This document shows positions 1 through 11,830 of a stretch of DNA of 64,000 nt, in pieces. Made by a program: the position numbers and the translations under genes. Numbering within the stretch: the first letter of the stretch is position 1; every line of letters begins with the position of its first letter. The notes beneath the pieces were generated by a model that was given only the letters and a program-made list of their open reading frames with translations, did no database searches and was not told where the DNA came from. The stretch is taken from the NCBI GenBank assembly GCA_964016885.1, contig OZ024743.1, positions 141,980,001 to 142,044,000 of the forward strand, given 5' to 3'. Source of the stretch: Eledone cirrhosa. Lineage: Eukaryota.

Positions 1-2039
1 CTTGGTATTAGGTATTTGGTGCTTGGTGCTTGGTGTTTGGTGTTTGGTGCTTGGTGTTTGGTGCTTGGTGCTTGGTGTTTGGTGTTTGGTGCTTGGTGTT
101 TGGTGCTTGGTACTTGGTGCTTGGTGCTTGGTGTTAGGTGTTTGGTGCTTGGTGCTTGGTGTTTGGTTTTTGGTGCTTGGTGCTTGGTGTTTGGTGTTTG
201 GTGCTTGCTGCTGGCTGCTTGGTGTTTGGTGCTTGGTGATTGGTGCTTGGTGTTTGGTGCTTGGTGTTTGGTGTTTGGTACTAGGTGCTTGGTGCTTGGT
301 GTTTGGTGCTTGGTGCTTGGTGTTTGGTGTTTGGTGCTTGGTGTTTGGTGCTTGGTGCTGGGTTCTGGGTGGTTGGTCTTTGGTGCTTGGTGTTTGCTGC
401 TTGGTGTTTGGTGCTTGGTGCTTGGTGTTTGGTGTTTGGTGCTTGGTGTTTGGTGCTTGGTGCTTGGTGTTTGGTGTTTGGTGCTTGGTGTTTGGTGCTT
501 GGTACTTGGTGCTTGGTGCTTGGTGTTAGGTGTTTGGTGCTTGGTGCTTGGTGTTTGGTTTTTGGTGCTTGGTGCTTGGTGTTTGGTGTTTGGTGCTTGC
601 TGCTGGCTGCTTGGTGTTTGGTGCTTGGTGATTGGTGCTTGGTGTTTGGTGCTTGGTGTTTGGTGTTTGCTGTTTGGTGTTTGGTGTTTGGTGTTTGCTG
701 TTTCGTGTCTGCTTTTTGGTGTTTGGTGTTTGCTGTTTGTTATTTGCTGTTTGGTGTTTGGTGTTTGGTGTTTGGTGCTGGGTGCTTGGTGTTTGGTGCT
801 TGGTGCTTGGTGTTTGGTGTTTGGTGTTTGGTGTTTGGTGTTTGGTGCTTGGTGCTTGGTGATTGGTGTTTGGTGCTTGGTGCTTGGTGTTTGGTGCTTG
901 GTGCTTAGTGTTTGGTGCTAGGTGCTTGGGGTTTGGTGTTTGGTGCTTGGTGCTTGGTGTTTGGTGCTTGGTGCTTGGTGTTTGGTGTTTGGTGCTTGGT
1001 GCTTGGTGTTTGGTGTTTGCTGTTTGCTGTTTGGTGTTTGTTGTTTGGTGTTTGTTGTTTGGTGTTTGCTGTTTGGTGTTTGCTGTTTGGTGTTTGCTGT
1101 TTGGTGTCTGCTTTTTGGTGTTTGGTGTTTGCTGTATGTTATTTGCTGTTTGGTGTTTGGTGTTTGGTGTTTGGTGCTTGGTGCTTGGTGTTTGGTGCTT
1201 GGTGCTTGGTGTTTGGTGCCTGGTGCTAGGTGCTTGGTGTTTGGTGTTTGGTGCTTGGAGTTTGGTGTTTGGTGCTTGGTGCTTGGTGTTTTGTGTTTGG
1301 TGTTTGGTTTTTGGTGCTTGGTGCTTGGTGCTTGGTGCTTGGTCCTTGGTGTTTGGTGCTTGGTGCTTGGTGTTTGTACTTGGTGCTTGGTGCTTGGTGT
1401 TTGGTTCTTGGTTCTTGGTGTTTGGTACTTGGTGCTTGGTGCTTGGTGCTTGGTGTTTGGTGTTTGGTGCTTGGTGCTTGGTGTTTGGTGCTTGGTGTTT
1501 GGTGTTTGCTGTTTGGTGTTTGGTGTTTGGTGTTTGCTGTTTGCTGTTTGGTGTCTGCTTTTTGGTGTTTGGTGTTTGCTGTATGGTGTTTGCTGTTTCG
1601 TGTTTGGTGTTTGCTGTTTGGTGTTTGGTGTTTGCTGTTTGGTGTTTGGTCTTTGGTGCTTGGTGTTTGGTGCTTGGTGCTTGGTGTTTGGTGTTTGGTG
1701 CTTGGTGCTTGGTGCTTCGTGTTTGGTGTTTGGTGCTTGGTGTCTGGAGCTTGGTGTTTGGTGTTTGGTGCTTGGTGTTTGGTGTTTTGTGCTTGGTGCT
1801 TGGTGTTTGGTGCTTGGTGCTTGGTGTTTGTACTTGGTGCTTGGTGCTTGGTGTTTGGTGCTTGGTTCTTGGTGTTTGGTGCTTGGTGTTTGGTGCTTGG
1901 TGCTTGGTGTTTGGTGCTTGGTGCTTGGTGCTTGGTGCTTGGTGTTAGGTGTTTGGTGCTTGGTGCTTGGTGTTTGGTGTTTGGTTCTTGGTGCTTGGTA
2001 TTTGGTGCTTGGTGCTTGCTGCTTGGTGTTTGGTGCTTG

Positions 2040-5000
2040 GTGATTGATGCTTGGTGTTTGGTGCTTGGTGCTTGGTGTTTGGTTTTTGGTGCTAGGTGCT
2101 TGGTGCTTGGTGTTTGGTGCTTGGTGTTTGGTGTTTGGTGCTTGGTGCTTGGTGTTTGGTACTTGGTGCTTGGTGCTTGGTGTTTGGTGCCTGGTGCTTG
2201 GTGTTTGGTGTTTGGTGTTTGGTGCTTGGTGCTTGGTGTTTGGTGCTTGGTGCTTGGTGCTGGGTGGTTGGTGTTTGGTGCTTGGTGCTTGGTGTTTGGT
2301 GCTAGGTGCATGGTGCTTGGTGTTTGGTGCTTGGTGCTTGGTGCTTGGTCTTTGGTGTTTGGTGTTTAGTGCTTGGTGCTTGGTGCTTGGTGTTTGGTGC
2401 TTGGTCCTTGGTGTTTGGTGCTTGGTGCTTGGTGTTTGGTGTTTGGTGCTTGGTGCTTGGTGCTTCGTGTTTGGTGTTTGGTGCTTGGTGTCTGGAGCTT
2501 GGTGTTTGGTGTTTGGTGCTTGGTGTTTGGTGTTTGGTGCTTGGTGCTTGGCGTTTGGTGCTTGGTGCTTGGTGTTTGTACTTGGTGCTTGGTGCTTGGT
2601 GTTTGGTGCTTGGTTCTTGGTGTTTGGTGCTTGGTGTTTGGAGCTTGGTGCTTGGTGTTTGGTGCTTGGTGCTTGGTGTTTGTACTTGGTGCTTGGTGCT
2701 TGCTGTTTGGTGCTTGGTTCTTGGTGTTTGGTGCTTGGTGTTTGGAGCTTGGTGCTTGGTGTTTGGTGCTTGGTGCTTGGTGTTTGGTGTTTGGTGCCTG
2801 GTGCTTGGTGTTTGGTGTTTGGTGCTTGGTGTTTGGTGTTTGGTGCTTGGTGCTTGGTGTTTGTTGCTTGGTACTTGGTGCATGGTGTTTGGTGCTGGGT
2901 GCTTGGTGTTTGGTGCTTGGTTTTTGGTGCTTGGTGCTTGGTGTTTGGTGTTTGGTGTTTGATGCTTGGTGTTTTATGCTTGGTGCTTGGTGTTTGGTGC
3001 TTGGTGTTTGTACTTGGTGCTTGGTGCTTGGTGTTTTGTGCTTGGTTCTTGGGGTTTGGTGTTTGGTGCTTGGTACTTGGTGCTTGGTGTTAGGTGTTTG
3101 GTGCTTGGTGCTTGGTGTTTGGTGTTTGGTCCTTGGTGCTTGGTGCATGGTGTTTAGTGCTTGGTGCTTGGTGTTTGTTGTTTGGTGCTTTCTGTTTACT
3201 GCTTGGTGTTTGCTGCTTGGTGCTTGGTGCTTGGTGCTTGGTGTTTGGTGTTTGGTGCTAGGTGCTTGGTGTTTGGTGTTTGGTGTTTGATGCTTGGTGT
3301 TTGGTGCTTGGTGTTTGGTGCTTGGTGCTTGGGGCTTGGTGTTTGGTGCTTGGTGCTTGGTGCTTGGTGTTTGGTGCTTGGTGCTTGGTGTTTGGTCTTT
3401 GGTGTTTGGTGCTTGGTGCTTGGTGTTTGGAGCTTGGTGCTTGGTGCTGGGTGGTTGGTATTTGGTGCTTGGTGCTTGGTGTTTGGTGCTTGGTGCTTGG
3501 TGCTTGGTGTTTGGTGCTTGGTGCTTGGTGTTTGGTCTTTGGTGCTTGGTGTTTGGTGTTTGGTGCTTGGTGCTTTGTGTTTGGTGCTTGGTGATTAGTG
3601 TTTGGTGCTTGGTACTTGGTGTTTGGTGCTTGGTGTTTGGTGTTTGCTGTTTGGTGTTTGGTGTTTGGTGTTTGCTGTTTGGTGTCTGCTTTTTGGTGTT
3701 TGGTGTTTGCTGTATGGTGTTTGCTGTTTCGTGTTCGGTGTTTGCTGTTTGGTGTTTGGTGTTTGCTGTTTGGTGTTTGGTCTTTGGTGCTTGGTGTTTG
3801 GTGCTTGGTGCTTGGTGTTTGGTGTTTGGTGCTTGGTGTTTGGTGTTTGGTGCTTGGTGCTTGGTGCTTGGTGTTTGGTGCTTGGTGTCTGGTGCTTGGT
3901 GTCTGGTGCTTGGTATTTGGTGTTTGGTGTTTGGTGCTTGGTGTTTGGTGTTTGGTGTTTGGTGTTTGGTGCTTGTTGCTTGGTGCTTGGTGCTTGGTGT
4001 TTGGTGCTTGGTGCTTGGTGTTTGGTGCTGGGTGTTATATGCTTGGTGTTTGGTGCTTGGTGCTTGGTGTTTGGTGTTTGGTTCTTGATGCTTGGTATTT
4101 GGTGCTTGGTGCTTGCTGCTTGGTGTTTGGTGCTTGGTGATTGATGCTTGGTGTTTGGTGCTTGGTGCTTGGTGTTTGGTTTTTGGTGCTAGGTGCTTGG
4201 TGCTTGGTGTTTGGTGCTTGGTGTTTGGTGTTTGGTGCTTGGTGCTTGGTGTTTGGTACTTGGTGCTTGGTGCTTGGTGTTTGGTGCTTGGTGCTTGGTG
4301 TTTGGTGCTTGGTGTTTGGTGTTTGGGGCTTGGTGCTTGGTGTTTGGTACTTGGTGCTTGGTGCTTGGTGTTTGGTGCTTGGTGCTTGGTGTTTGGTGTT
4401 TGGTGTTTGGTGCTTGGTGCTTGGTGTTTGGTGCTTGGTGCTTGGTGCTGGGTGGTTGGTGTTTGGTGCTTGGTGCTTGGTGTTTCGTGCTAGGTGCATG
4501 GTGCTTGGTGTTTGGTGCTTGGTGCTTGGTGCTTGGTCTTTGGTGTTTGGTGTTTAGTGCTTGGTGCTTGGTGCTTGGTGCTTGGTGCTTGGTCCTTGGT
4601 GTTTGGTGCTTGGTGCTTGGTGTTTGGTGTTTGGTGCTTGGTGCTTGGTGCTTCGTGTTTGGTGTTTGGTGCTTGGTGTCTGGAGCTTGGTGTTTGGTGT
4701 TTGGTGCTTGGTGTTTGGTGTTTGGTGCTTGGTGCTTGGTGTTTGGTGCTTGGTGCTTGGTGTTTGTACTTGGTGCTTGGTGCTTGGTGTTTGGTGCTTG
4801 GTTCTTGGTGTTTGGTGCTTGGTGTTTGGAGCTTGGTGCTTGGTGTTTGGTGCTTGGTGCTTGGTGTTTGTACTTGGTGCTTGGTGCTTGGTGTTTGGTG
4901 CTTGGTTCTTGGTGTTTGGTGCTTGGTGTTTGGAGCTTGGTGCTTGGTGTTTGGTGCTTGGTGCTTGGTGTTTGGTGTTTGGTGCTTGGTGCTTGGTGTT

Positions 5001-6230
5001 TGGTGTTTGGTGCTTAGTGTTTGGTGTTTGGTGCTTGGTGCTTGGTGTTTGTTGCTTGGTACTTGGTGCATGGTGTTTGGTGCTGGGTGCTTGGTGTTTG
5101 GTGCTTGGTGTTTGGTGCTTGGTGCTTGGTGTTTGGTGTTTGGTGTTTGATGCTTGGTGTTTTATGCTTGGTGCTTGGTGTTTGGTGCTTGGTGTTTGTA
5201 CTTGGTGCTTGGTGCTTGGTGTTTTGTGCTTGGTTCTTGGTGTTTGGTGTTTGGTGCTTGGTACTTGGTGCTTGGTGTTAGGTGTTTGGTGCTTGGTGCT
5301 TGGTGTTTGGTGTTTGGTCCTTGGTGCTTGGTGCTTGGTGTTTAGTGCTTGGTGCTTGGTGTTTGTTGTTTGGTGCTTTCTGTTTGTTGCTTGGTGTTTC
5401 CTGCTTGGTGCTTGGTGCTTGGTGTTTGGTGTTTGGTGCTAGGTGCTTGGTGTTTGGTGTTTGGTGTTTGATGCTTGGTGTTTGGTGCTTGGTGTTTGGT
5501 GCTTGGGGCTTGGGGCTTGGTGTTTGGTGCTTGGTGCTTGGTGCTTGGTGTTTGGTGCTTGGTGCTTGGTGTTTGGTGTTTGGTGTTTGGTGCTTGGTGC
5601 TTGGTGTTTGGTGCTTGGTGCTTGGTGCTGGGTGGTTGGTATTTGGTGATTGGTGCTTGGTGCTTGGTGTTTGGTGCTTGGTGCTTGGTGCTTGGTCTTT
5701 GGTGCTTGGTGTTTGGTGTTTGGTGCTTGGTGCTTTGTGTTTGGTGCTTGGTGATTAGTGTTTGGTGCTTGGTACTTGGTGTTTGGTGCTTGGTGTTTGG
5801 TGTTTGCTGTTTGGTGTTTGGTGTTTGGTGTTTGCTGTTTGGTGTCTGCTTTTTGGTGTTTGGTGTTTGCTGTATGGTGTTTGCTGTTTCGTGTTTGGTG
5901 TTTGCTGTTTGGTGTTTGGTGTTTGCTGTTTGGTGTTTGGTCTTTGGTGCTTGGTGTTTGGTGCTTGGTGCTTGGTGTTTGGTGTTTGGTGCTTGGTGCT
6001 TGGTGCTTGGTGTTTGGTGCTTGGTGTCTGGTGCTTGGTGTCTGGTGCTTGGTGTTTGGTGTTTGGTGTTTGGTGCTTGGTGTTTGGTGTTTGGTGTTTG
6101 GTGTTTGGTGCTTGTTGCTCGGTGCTTGGTGCTTGGTGTTTGGTGCTTGGTGCTTGGTGTTTGGGGCTGGGTGCTTGGTGTTTGGTGCTTGGTGCTTGGT
6201 GCTTGGTGTTTGGTGTTTGGTGTTATATGC
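2040..6230. repeat. Tandem higher-order duplication, period about 2.16-2.19 kb (2 copies)
   Basis: Paired ORF-track entries 2302..2883/4490..5071, 2306/4494 and 2966/5154, and TATATGC at 4036/6224, are all offset by 2188 bp. GATTAG at 3593/5753 is offset by 2160 bp. Confidence 0.9.
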
Positions 6231-9200
6231 TTGGTGTTTGATGCTTGGTGCTTGGTGCTTGGTGTTTGGTGTTTGGTGCTTGATGTTTTATGCTTGGTGT
6301 TTGATGTTTGGTGCTTGGTGCTTGGTGTTTGGGGCTTGGTGCTTGGTGTTTGTACTTGGTGCTTGGTGCTTGGTTCTTGGTGTTTGGTGCTTGGTGCTTG
6401 GTGCTTGGTGCTTGGTGTTTGGTGCTTGGTGTTTGGTGCTTGGTGTTTGGTGCTTGGTGCCTGGTGCTTGGTGCTTGGTGCTTGGTGTTTGGTGCTTGGT
6501 GTTTGCTGCTTGGTATTAGGTGTTTGGTGCTTGGTGCTTGGTGTTTGGTGTTTGGTGCTTGGTGTTTGGTGATTGGTGTTTGGTGTTTGGTGCTTGGTGT
6601 TTGGTGCTTGGTACTTGGTGCTTGGTGCTTGGTGTTAGGTGTTTGGTGCTTGGTGCTTGGTGTTTGGTTTTTGGTGCTTGGTGCTTGGTGTTTGGTGTTT
6701 GGTGCTTGCTGCTGGCTGCTTGGTGTTTGGTGCTTGGTGATTGGTGCTTGGTGTTTGGTGCTTGGTGTTTGGTGTTTGGTACTAGGTGCTTGGTGCTTGG
6801 TGTTTGGTGCTTGGTGCTTGGTGTTTGGTGCTTGGTGCTGGGTTCTGGGTGGTTGGTGTTTGGTGCTTGGTGTTTGGTGCTGGGTGCTTGGTGTTTGGTG
6901 CTTGGTGCTTGGTCTTTGGTGTTTGGTGTTTGGTGTTTGGGGCTTGGTGCTTGGTGCTTGGTGTTTGGTGCTTGGTGCTTGGTGTTTGGTGCTTGGTGCT
7001 TAGTGTTTGGTGCTAGGTGCTTGGGGTTTGGTGTTTGGTGCTTGGTGCTTGGTGTTTGGTGCTTGGTGCTTGGTGTTTGGTGCCTGGTACTTGGGGCTTG
7101 GTGTTTGGTGTTTGGTGCTTGGTGCTTGGAGTTTGGTGTTTGGTGCTTGGTGCTTGGTGTTTTGTGTTTGGTGTTTGGTTTTTGGTGCTTGGTGCTTGGT
7201 GCTTGGTGCTTGGTCCTTGGTGTTTGGTGCTTGGTGCTTGGTGTTTGTACTTGGTGCTTGGTGCTTAGTGTTTGGTTCTTGGTTCTTGGTGTTTGGTACT
7301 TGGTGCTTGGTGCTTGGTGTTTGGTGCTTGGTGCTTGGTGTTTGGTGTTTGGTGTTTGGTGCTTGGTGCTTGGTGTTTGGTGCTTGGTGCTTGGTGCTGG
7401 GTGGTTGGTATTTGGTGCTTGGTGCTTGGTGTTTGGTGCTTGGTGCTTGGTGCTTGGTGTTTGGTGCTTGGTGCTTGGTGCTTGGTCTTTGGTGCTTGGT
7501 GTTTGGTGTTTGGTGCTTGGTGCTTTGTGTTTGGTGCTTGGTGATTAGTGTTTGGTGCTTGGTACTTGCTGTTTGGTGCTTGGTGTTTGGTGTTTGCTGT
7601 TTGGTGTTTGGTGTTTGGTGTTTGCTGTTTGGTGTCTGCTTTTTAGTGTTTGGTGTTTGCTGTATGGTGTTTGCTGTTTCGTGTTTGGTGTTTGCTGTTT
7701 GGTGTTTGGTGTTTGCTGTTTGGTGTTTGGTCTTTGGTGCTTGGTGTTTGGTGCTTGGTGCTTGGTGTTTGGTGATTGGTGCTTGGTGTTTGGTGTTTGG
7801 TGCTTGTTGCTTGGTGCTTGGTGTTTGGTGCTTGGTGTCTGGTGCTTGGTGTCTGGTGCTTGGTGTTTGGTGTTTGGTGTTTGGTGCTTGGTGTTTGGTG
7901 TTTGGTGCTTGTTGCTTGGTGCTTGGTGCTTGGTGTTTGGTGCTTGGTGCTTGGTGTTTGGTGCTGGGTGCTTGGTGTTTGGTGCTTGGTGCTTGGTGTT
8001 TGGTGTTTGGTGCTTGGTGCTTGGTGTTTGGTGTTTGGTGTTATATGCTTGGTGTTTGGTGCTTGGTGCTTGGTGTTTGGTGTTTGGTGCTTGGTGTTTG
8101 GTTTTTGGTGCTAGGTGCTTGGTGCTTGGTGTTTGGTGCTTGGTGTTTGGTGTTTGGTGCTTGGTGCTTGGTGTTTGGTACTTGGTGCTTGCTGCTTGGT
8201 GTTTGGTGCTTGGTGCTTGGTGTTTGGTGTTTGGTGTTTGGTGCTTGGTGCTTGGTGTTTGGTGCTTGGTGCTGGGTGGTTGGTGTTTGGTGCTTGGTGC
8301 TTGGTGTTTCGTGCTAGGTGCATGGTGCTTGGTGTTTGGTGCTTGGTGCTTGGTGCTTGGTCTTTGGTGTTTGGTGTTTAGTGCTTGGTGCTTGGTGCTT
8401 GGTGCTTGGTGCTTGGTCCTTGGTGTTTGGGGCTTGGTGCTTGGTGTTTGGTGTTTGGTGTTTGGTGTTTGGTGTTTGCTGTTTGGTGTCTGCTTTTTAG
8501 TGTTTGGTGTTTGCTGTATGGTGTTTGCTGTTTCGTGTTTGGTGTTTGCTGTTTGGTGTTTGGTGTTTGCTGTTTGGTGTTTGGTCTTTGGTGCTTGGTG
8601 TTTGGTGCTTGGTGCTTGGTGCTTGGTGTTTGGTGTTTGGTGCTAGGTGCTTGGTGTTTGGTGTTTGGTGTTTGATGCTTGCTGTTTGGTGCTTGGTGTT
8701 TGGTGCTTGGGGCTTGGGGCTTGGTGTTTGGTGCTTGGTGCTTGGTGCTTGGTGTTTGCTGCTTGGTGCTTGGTGTTTGGTGTTTGGTGTTTGGTGCTTG
8801 GTGCTTGGTGTTTGGTGCTTGGTGCTTGGTGCTGGGTGGTTGGTATTTGGTGATTGGTGCTTGGTGCTTGGTGTTTGGTGCTTGGTGCTTGGTGCTTGGT
8901 CTTTGGTGCTTGGTGTTTGGTGTTTGGTGCTTGGTGCTTTGTGTTTGGTGCTTGGTGATTAGTGTTTGGTGCTTGGTACTTGGTGTTTGGTGCTTGGTGT
9001 TTGGTGTTTGCTGTTTGGTGTTTGGTGTTTGGTGTTTGGTGTTTGCTGTTTGGTGTCTGCTTTTTGGTGTTTGGTGTTTGCTGTATGGTGTTTGCTGTTT
9101 CGTGTTTGGTGTTTGCTGTTTGGTGTTTGGTGTTTGCTGTTTGGTGTTTGGTCTTTGGTGCTTGGTGTTTGGTGCTTGGTGCTTGGTGTTTGGTGTTTGG

Positions 9201-11830
9201 TGCTTGGTGCTTGGTGCTTGGTGTTTGGTGCTTGGTGTCTGGTGCTTGGTGTCTGGTGCTTGGTGTTTGGTGTTTGGTGTTTGGTGCTTGGTGTTTGGTG
9301 TTTGGTGTTTGGTGTTTGGTGCTTGTTGCTCGGTGCTTGGTGCTTGGTGTTTGGTGCTTCGTGCTTGGTGTTTGGTGCTGGGTGCTTGGTGTTTGGTGCT
9401 TGGTGCTTGGTGCTTGGTGTTTGGTGTTTGGTGTTATATGCTTGGTGTTTGATGCTTGGTGCTTGGTGCTTGGTGTTTGGTGTTTGGTGCTTGGTGTTTT
9501 ATGCTTGGTGTTTGATGTTTGGTACTTGGTGCTTGGTGTTTGGTGCTTGGTGCTTGGTGTTTGTACTTGGTGCTTGGTGCTTGGTTCTTGGTGTTTGGTG
9601 CTTGGTGCTTGGTGCTTGGTGCTTGGTGTTTGGTGCTTGGTGTTTGGTGCTTGGTGTTTGGTGCTTGGTGCCTGGTGCTTGGTGCTTGGTGCTTGGTGTT
9701 TGGTGCTTGGTGTTTGCTGCTTGGTATTAGGTGTTTGGTGCTTGGTGCTTGGTGTTTGGTGTTTGGTGCTTGGTGTTTGGTGCTTGGTGTTTGGTGTTTG
9801 GTGCTTGGTGTTTGGTGCTTGGTACTTGGTGCTTGGTGCTTGGTGTTAGGTGTTTGGTGCTTGGTGCTTGGTGTTTGGTTTTTGGTGCTTGGTGCTTGGT
9901 GTTTGGTGTTTGGTGCTTGCTGCTGGCTGCTTGGTGTTTGGTGCTTGGTGATTGGTGCTTGGTGTTTGGTGCTTGGTGTTTGGTGTTTGGTACTAGGTGC
10001 TTGGTGCTTGGTGTTTGGTGCTTGGTGCTTGGTGTTTGGTGCTTGGTGCTGGGTTCTGGGTGGTTGGTGTTTGGTGCTTGGTGTTTGGTGCTGGGTGCTT
10101 GGTGTTTGGTGCTTGGTGCTTGGTCTTTGGTGTTTGGTGTTTGGTGTTTGGGGCTTGGTGCTTGGTGCTTGGTGTTTGGTGCTTGGTGCTTGGTGTTTGG
10201 TGCTTGGTGCTTAGTGTTTGGTGCTAGGTGCTTGGGGTTTGGTGTTTGGTGCTTGGTGCTTGTTGTTTGGTGCTTGGTGCTTGGTGTTTGGTGTTTGGTG
10301 CTTGGTGCTTGGTGTTTGGTGTTTCCTGTTTGCTGTTTGTTGTTTGGTGTCTGCTTTTTGGTGTTTTGTGTTTGCTGTATGTTATTTGCTGTTTGGTGTT
10401 TGGTGTTTGGTGTTTGGTGCTTGGTGCTTGGTGTTTGGTGCTTGGTGCTTGGTGTTTGGTGCCTGGTACTTGGGGCTTGGTGTTTGGTGTTTGGTGCTTG
10501 GTGCTTGGTGTTTGGTGTTTGGTGCTTGGTGCTTGGTGTTTTGTGTTTGGTGTTTGGTTTTTGGTGCTTGGTGCTTGGTGCTTGGTGCTTGGTCCTTGGT
10601 GTTTGGTGCTTGGTGCTTGGTGTTTGTACTTGGTGCTTGGTGCTTGGTGTTTGGTTCTTGGTTCTTGGTGTTTGGTACTTGGAGCTTGGTGCTTGGTGTT
10701 TGGTGCTTGGTGCTTGGTGTTTGGTGTTTGGTGTTTGGTGCTTGGTGCTTGGTGTTTGGTGCTTGGTGCTTGGTGCTGGGTGGTTGGTATTTGGTGCTTG
10801 GTGCTTGGTGTTTGGTGCTTGGTGCTTGGTGCTTGGTGTTTGGTGCTTGGTGCTTGGTGCTTGGTCTTTGGTGCTTGGTGTTTGGTGTTTGGTGCTTGGT
10901 GCTTTGTGTTTGGTGCTTGGTGATTAGTGTTTGGTGCTTGGTACTTGGTGTTTGGTGCTTGGTGTTTGGTGTTTGCTGTTTGGTGTTTGGTGTTTGGTGT
11001 TTGCTGTTTGGTGTCTGCTTTTTAGTGTTTGGTGTTTGCTGTATGGTGTTTGCTGTTTCGTGTTTGGTGTTTGCTGTTTGGTGTTTGGTGTTTGCTGTTT
11101 GGTGTTTGGTCTTTGGTGCTTGGTGTTTGGTGCTTGGTGCTTGGTGTTTGGTGATTGGTGCTTGGTGTTTGGTGTTTGGTGCTTGGTGCTTGGTGCTTGG
11201 TGTTTGGTGCTTGGTGTCTGGTGCTTGGTGTCTGGTGCTTGGTGTTTGGTGTTTGGTGTTTGGTGCTTGGTGTTTGGTGTTTGGTGCTTGTTGCTTGGTG
11301 CTTGGTGCTTGGTGTTTGGTGCTTGGTGCTTGGTGCTTGGTGTTTGGTGCTGGGTGCTTGGTGTTTGGTGCTTGGTGCTTGGTGTTTGGTGTTTGGTGCT
11401 TGGTGCTTGGTGTTTGGTGTTTGGTGTTATATGCTTGGTGTTTGGTGCTTGGTGCTTGGTGTTTGGTGTTTGGTGCTTGGTGTTTGGTTTTTGGTGCTAG
11501 GTGCTTGGTGCTTGGTGTTTGGTGCTTGGTGTTTGGTGTTTGGTGCTTGGTGCTTGGTGTTTGGTACTTGGTGCTTGGTGCTTGGTGTTTGGTGCTTGGT
11601 GCTTGGTGTTTGGTGTTTGGTGTTTGGTGCTTGGTGCTTGGTGTTTGGTGCTTGGTGCTGGGTGGTTGGTGTTTGGTGCTTGGTGCTTGGTGTTTCGTGC
11701 TAGGTGCATGGTGCTTGGTGTTTGGTGATTGGTGCTTGGTGCTTGGTCTTTGGTGTTTGGTGTTTAGTGCTTGGTGCTTGGTGCTTGGTGCTTGGTGCTT
11801 GGTGCTTGGTCCTTGGTGTTTGGGGCTTGG
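5430..11830. repeat. Tandem higher-order duplication, period about 3.2-3.4 kb (2 copies)
   Basis: Offsets 5443/8647 (3204); 6308/9519, 6520/9731 and 7007/10218 (3211); 7552/10931 (3379); 8111/11497 (3386). Shared private variants: TTGCTCGG near 6115/9326 and CTTTTTAGTG near 7639/11018. Confidence 0.9.

Noticed and set aside
4036-4042. TATAT as a TATA box or -10 promoter element
   Set aside because: It is a variant repeat unit amplified with the array. There is no TATAAA/TATAAT consensus and no downstream gene.
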